Of a stretch of DNA of 64,000 nucleotides, positions 58,154 to 64,000 are shown one piece after another. The notes below the pieces were generated by a model. That model saw only the letters and a list, made by a program, of their open reading frames with translations. It ran no database searches and had not been told where the DNA came from. The stretch lies in assembly GCF_009914755.1 (NCBI RefSeq), contig NC_060926.1; one strand, written 5' to 3'. The stretch is from the human T2T-CHM13v2.0 reference genome, Homo sapiens. How positions within the stretch are numbered: the first letter of the stretch is position 1; the number at the start of each line of letters is the position of its first letter. The position numbers and the translations under genes were made by a program.

Positions 58154-59208
58154 ATTTCCAGCATACAGTGTAGCACATACTATCCCTAGAAGTTGTTCTG
58201 CAAAGCAATCCCTACACCTTTACACTCTATCACTCCCTCATGGTTCCCCGTATGTTTGTCATCTCTGCCCAGTTTGATGGGTCTTTCCAGTCAAGTGACT
58301 GGATAGAAGTAAACTATGTTTCTTTAGATGTTTCCAATCTAGTAGGGGTATGAAACTTATACATGGGAAGAAAAGACAAATTAAACCAAGGCACATTTGC
58401 ATGAAAAGCTCACATCAAAATGTAAGTTATATTGTGTTAGGCAACATTAGAATTTTATCCCAAACATATTCCTCTTGGTTCTGCACATTCTGTTTTGCAT
58501 AATTAATTTAGATGGGTGGAATACAACCCTGACTTACTGAAATGGAACTGAAGTCATTGGCGGAAAGGAGGACACAGGAGTCAAAGCAAGAGCATGACTA
58601 GTGCAAACCTCATCTTACACTGGTTTTGAAAATGGGAACAAATGAAACAAACCCAGTTGAAGAGTATAAAAGGATAAGTTATTTTTAATTCTCTAAATAA
58701 TCATTTTATCTGGATATCCAATAGACACAGGCTAGGAAAATTTGATAGAGTGCACATATATTTCTATACACACAGTCTATATACACACATATATTTCTGT
58801 ATACATTTATATAAAACAAATTGTATATTTAATTCTACATATAATAAATATTTGGGGATCATTTTACATATACCATTTAGAATAAAGAGCATTTATACCT
58901 ATTAATATTTCTCTCCAAACTTCTTTGAGACCACTAAAGTAATATTTAATTAACCTAACTAAAAATCAGACAATTCAAGTTCTTAGAGCTACTGCTCTGA
59001 GAATATTGGAGAATTCTCAGAGTCATTTATTGAACTGTATAGATTTTTTCTTGGCACTTTCTGGTTTTGTACCTGTACTGTACTCTAAATAAGAACACAC
59101 CACACATTTCAGCTAATGGGAGTAAAAATTGCTCTTTAGGGCTTGTCCTTCCCATTCTCCTTGTATCCGACACTCAAGCCTTGGCTCGCAAGCACAATGA
59201 CCTAATCC

Positions 59209-59351
59209 AGAAGAAGCTCGTTAAGCAGAGCAGATTGATCTCTCTTTGGTCTGCCGCTTCATGGTTTTTTACAACCACAGTGGGTTGTTGGACCGGTTCT
59301 ACAATCCCTTGTGGCATAAAGAGATCAATCATTTGGTTTCAAGCTTTTTCT
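59209..59351. other. Imperfect nested inverted repeat (long hairpin) in non-repeat, CpG-retaining DNA
   Basis: Four concentric arm pairs centred near 59280 (see findings). Confidence 0.65.
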
Positions 59352-59661
59352 TAATCGCAAGCCTAATGGAAAGCTAGAACACAAATTCTCAGCTAATGCA
59401 AATAAATCTGGGTGATTTACTTTCACTAAAATATTAGTCACTAATGAAGAATTTCTTGCATCTAAATTCAAATATGCAAATGTATGCCAAAAGTTTGGAA
59501 AAGTATAATATACGTGCATATGTCTCTGTATCTCCACAAGAGTGAAAAAGAAATAATTGTTTGATCTGATTCTGAAAAGACTGACTACGGTGAGCTCAGA
59601 AGTAACCAGTCTCATAGCTGTTTCATTTTTCAGAATATTACTTAATGTATTGCAATATTCT

Positions 59662-59845
59662 GTTATTTTAGTTCATTTGTGCTGTTATAACAAAATACCA
59701 GAGGCTTGGTAGCTTAAACAAAGGCAGCTTATTTCTTAGTTCTAGAGGCTAGAAAGTCCAAGATCAAGGTACCAGCAGATTCCATTTTCCATGAGGGCCC
59801 ATTTTATTATGGCTCATGGAATAAGGTCTTCCAGCTGTGTCTGGA
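59662..59845 (-). mobile_element. MaLR LTR fragment (MLT1A/B-like)
   Basis: 'tgctgttataacaaaataccagaggcttggtagcttaaacaa...ttctagaggctagaaagtccaagatcaaggtaccagcag'. Confidence 0.8.
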
Positions 59846-60117
59846 TTCCTTCCATGCGATTCCATGGAATAGGGTTTACTGTATAAGTGAAAATAATGGA
59901 TTATTTAAAAAGCCACAAAAATAGTATTTTTTACAATTATGAAAATATTAGAAATTCAGAAATGAAAACACTGGCTGAAAATCTCTTATGAGCTTTCTCT
60001 ATAGAATTTGTAAGATTTACTAGAATGACAGATTAGGCTCAACAGATCTCAAGTCTTCTAAATATTTATGGTTAATTCTCATTGGAATGTCCCTTCTTAT
60101 TCAATGTTTCACTTTCC

Positions 60118-60418
60118 AGGGTTTGACGGGCTGAGGTTTGAGTTAGCCATAGTCAACTGTCATCTGAAAATAGGTAAATATAGTACAATAAGGTATTTTG
60201 AGAGAGAAAAAGAGACCACGTTTATAAAACATTTGTGACAGTAAATTGTTATTGTTCTATTTTATGATTATTGATGTTAATGTCTTACTGAGCCTAATTT
60301 ATAAATTAAACTTTATCATAGGTATGCATGTATAGGAAAAACATAGTCTGTATAAGATGGGTACCATCCACAGTTTCAGGCCTTCACATGGGATCTTGGA
60401 ATGTATCCCCCGTGGGAA
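60118..60418 (+). mobile_element. Tigger4a/MER46-like (TcMar-Tigger) DNA transposon derivative
   Basis: 'gcctaatttataaattaaactttatcataggtatgcatgtataggaaaaacatagt...tcttggaatgtatcccccgtgg'. Strand nominal. Confidence 0.85.
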
Positions 60419-61699
60419 TACATTATTCAAAATTTAAACTTTCTCTATTGAATGACTTTGAGAAATCTCTCTTTATTTCTTCCAGATTCCATCATGAAAG
60501 TTGAAATTTCTAAAGTTTTTTAACTTCTTATTGTTACTGGTGCAGATCTACTTCAAAGAGTCAAAATGAACAGTTCCCTTCCACATTCTTCACCAAATGA
60601 AAGCACTAATTTTTCTCAAAGGGATAAGCTACTAGTAAGATTTAGACATTGAATACTTCAAGCTAGTTACATAGTTGTTCAGCCTGTTGTTTGCTCAGCA
60701 CATTTGTTTCCTTTTCAATCAATTAATAAACCTGACAGGGAATATATAGTTAGCTGAAAAATGTCTTCAGTTGAAATTCTACAAGCCATCTTGCTGCTTT
60801 GAGAATGGGTCAGGAGGATGCTGAAGCATCATAATGTTATGCACTTCTCTGGGTTGATATGTTAAGGCCCAGTAGTCAAAATTGGTGAAGGAAAACTCAA
60901 GGTCACAGGGTTTAACGCTTGCTTTCCAGCTGATTTCCAGTGTGACTCTTGGGGATGCCATTCAACTTCAGCTTCCTGCTTTAATTCCTTGCTTTTTAAA
61001 TATCAAGCTGCTGTGTCAAAAAACCAAATAATGAATCATACGGGATTTGGCCTCACAGTTGAGGTCGAGTAGAGAGCTGAGTGACAGTTTGTTATAATTC
61101 ATACTTTTGAATAATATTAAAACAATGATATATTTTTCAAAGTTAAAGGACAAGAGGACAAAATTTAGGCATGTTATAACAAGGTAGTATTTTAGTAGCT
61201 TGCTAATGGTGAAATTATGGTTGCTTAAAATAGTAAACATACCTTCCAAATTTCTAAATGTTATTTGAAAAGGATTTTGCTTAATATGGCTCCTCATGTT
61301 GTCGATTTTGACTTTCATTTACACAAACTACATCCAAGTGACACATTAAAGAACAACATGTAATGTGCATCCATTCTGGAGTTGATCAATGTGAGGTAAG
61401 GATTACTGTTTATCTCCAAGTTTTATAATTACAGTAATGCACATATATATTTTCTAAGAATAAACTATGCAACCTGCTACACATATGCAACAATTCTAGC
61501 TACTATATGCTTAATATTAAAACAATTTCATATAACACCCTTAAAATACTATTGAGAATATACCCTGGTATGTTTTTTTTGTTTTGTTTTTTTTTTTACT
61601 CTCTTGCTTTTTGTGGTTCTATGAAATGCATTTTAGATAAGTCATACTGTATACCTATTCTAATGTAACTCCTCTTGGTCTATTCCTGAGTATTTTTTC

Positions 61700-62095
61700 A
61701 GGTTCAAACTCCTCTCACTACACTCAAGTATGTATGCTTCAACCTTACCCAATAACTTAGAGATCTTGAACATACAATACTTTATCCTGCACTTATGCCT
61801 CTGTATGTGTAGTTCCCTAGTTTTGTAATGTTCTTCCTTTCCTCATTTGCCTACCCAATGCTTAGAGTGAGATGCCTGTCAACTATCAGCTCACTTGGGA
61901 TATCTTCTTGCATCTTCTCATGTAGAATTAGATGTTTCTCGTCTTATTCTTCCTCTTTAATTTTTACCTACCTCAATTACTACATGTGAATTCCATGAAG
62001 GCAGAAAATATGACTTTCTGAATCCCTGGTATTTAGCTAAATATCTGGAATATTGTCACTGCAAACAAAATTTTATTGAAGTTGATTAATCAATT
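61700..62095 (+). mobile_element. L2 3' region (degenerate)
   Basis: 'tgtgaattccatgaaggcagaaaatatgacttt...tccctggtatttagc'. Confidence 0.6.
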
Positions 62096-62391
62096 GAATT
62101 TTGGAAAAGTCCTTACTGTATTTCTATTGGCACATTTTAAAAAGTCTTTTTGGCCTCATACTCATTATATTTTCTACATTCTTTGTTTTCCACTATCAAG
62201 ATGAGAAAGATGAAGGAAATATCTAGATAAACACGGGCTACCAGGGCCTATAAATATTCATATAAATTAACACTATCAAGAGTTGTAGAACATTAATATG
62301 TCTCTTCAACTGGGGAGAGATTACTTGTCCGAAGGAAGTTGAGTTTTCTGGCTTTTTGTGATTTCACACAAGACTTCCAGCTAAGAGGCTA

Positions 62392-62875
<484 letters not shown>

Positions 62876-64000
62876 AACTGAAAATAGAGTACATTGCAGC
62901 AACAAATGAAGATCCATAATGCACCGGGAATCTCACTACAGAAAAGCTGTGATAAAAAATTATAGAAGTAATGTAACTTCATTTGAAACCACTATTGTCT
63001 AAGAAGAGGGACAGATACAGAATCTGAAATGATGTTTTAATGAAGAATACCTCCTTTTAACTTAAAGCCTTCTGTGATCATTTCTAAACTACTAGTAGGC
63101 AGTTTACACCATTTGTAAAAATTTACAATTTTTTTTTGTTTCCATAGTTATTCTTAAAAAATAATTCTGTTTGGAGGAAGAGAACATGTTTTTAATATAA
63201 TATTAACATTCATCAAAGATGTAAATCTATGACAAAGGAATTAACTTCCAATCAACAATTAACTATTTTAGACTACCTTTTGAATTCTCAGCTACAACGT
63301 AGGGTCAAATTACTTAGTCATCCTTTCCCCAGAGGTATTTACTTAGTTAGCTAGCTGCCCCTTCTGTCAACATATTCGAACATTTTTAAACTTGAATTCT
63401 AAGTCTCTTTAGCAGTATTAATTTAGCAATTATGCCTTATAAATCAGTGTTAAGAAGTCAGATGTCTGCAAAAAAAGCATATTTCTAATTAAACAGAATT
63501 TATAAAACTAAGTCCCTGAAAAAATGAACATACATACATACATATGTGCAAATATGCATGTGTATATACGTTTATATATACACACATATACACATATATA
63601 TTTAGAGCAGTCCTCCATAAGTGCACAATCCTAATTTCATGTAGGTGTCATTTGTCAATATAAACAATAGTGGTATGGGTCTTTCAAAAGGATGAAACAC
63701 CTATAGAAGTTCTATTCTTTCTAGAAATTGTTGCTTTGCTTCTGGGAAGCATTAAGCTTGGCCCTGAAATCAGGTAGTGTTAAGGGTCATAGCCTTTCAC
63801 TAAACTAACTCAGTTACTTAAACTAATCTCTTTGAGTGGAAATCCTTACACCTGAGATAGGCTTGAGACTATCTGATCACCTTAGCACAGCTCAACACAG
63901 AGAAAATACAGCAGAATCTACTCTTAACTTGTAAGAGCTTTACTAATCAAAAGTGTTCTGAGCTCACAAACCTAGGTCTTCCTGGGTAATTCCACTTCTT

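Noticed and set aside
62191-62281. 11 bp direct repeat cactatcaaga, 80 bp apart, as a TSD
   Set aside because: The enclosed 69 bp has no poly-A, terminal repeats or recognisable source, so it could be chance.
62327-62350. Resemblance of 'gtccgaaggaagttgagttttct' to the 5' end of Y1 RNA
   Set aside because: Only ~20 nt with mismatches. The rest of Y1, a poly-A tail and a TSD are absent.

Overview
This is AT-rich primate genomic DNA, almost certainly human because it carries an AluYa5 with all five diagnostic bases. I cannot place the locus or recognise any host protein-coding exon. Nearly all ORFs in the track are Alu-derived, L1-derived or chance. The window is largely transposon relics: a full-length but dead ~6.4 kb L1PA7-like element with target-site duplication (TSD), several truncated L1PA and old L1M copies, about 15 Alus, MaLR LTRs, MER20, Tigger4/MER46, L2 and MIR. 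The most unusual signal is a set of local DNA-repair scars. Four 48-125 bp segments are copied 1.2-2.2 kb downstream, two of them into (TA)n tracts with snap-back palindromes at the junctions. There is also a 329 bp-period tandem duplication with a templated junction and a fold-back inside an AluJ. Non-repeat candidates are a nested ~143 bp hairpin (59209-59351), a CpG-retaining element with five CGTG cores (30260-30860) and a possible 12 nt microexon (29599-29610). Subfamily calls come from remembered consensus sequences, and boundaries of old repeats are approximate.
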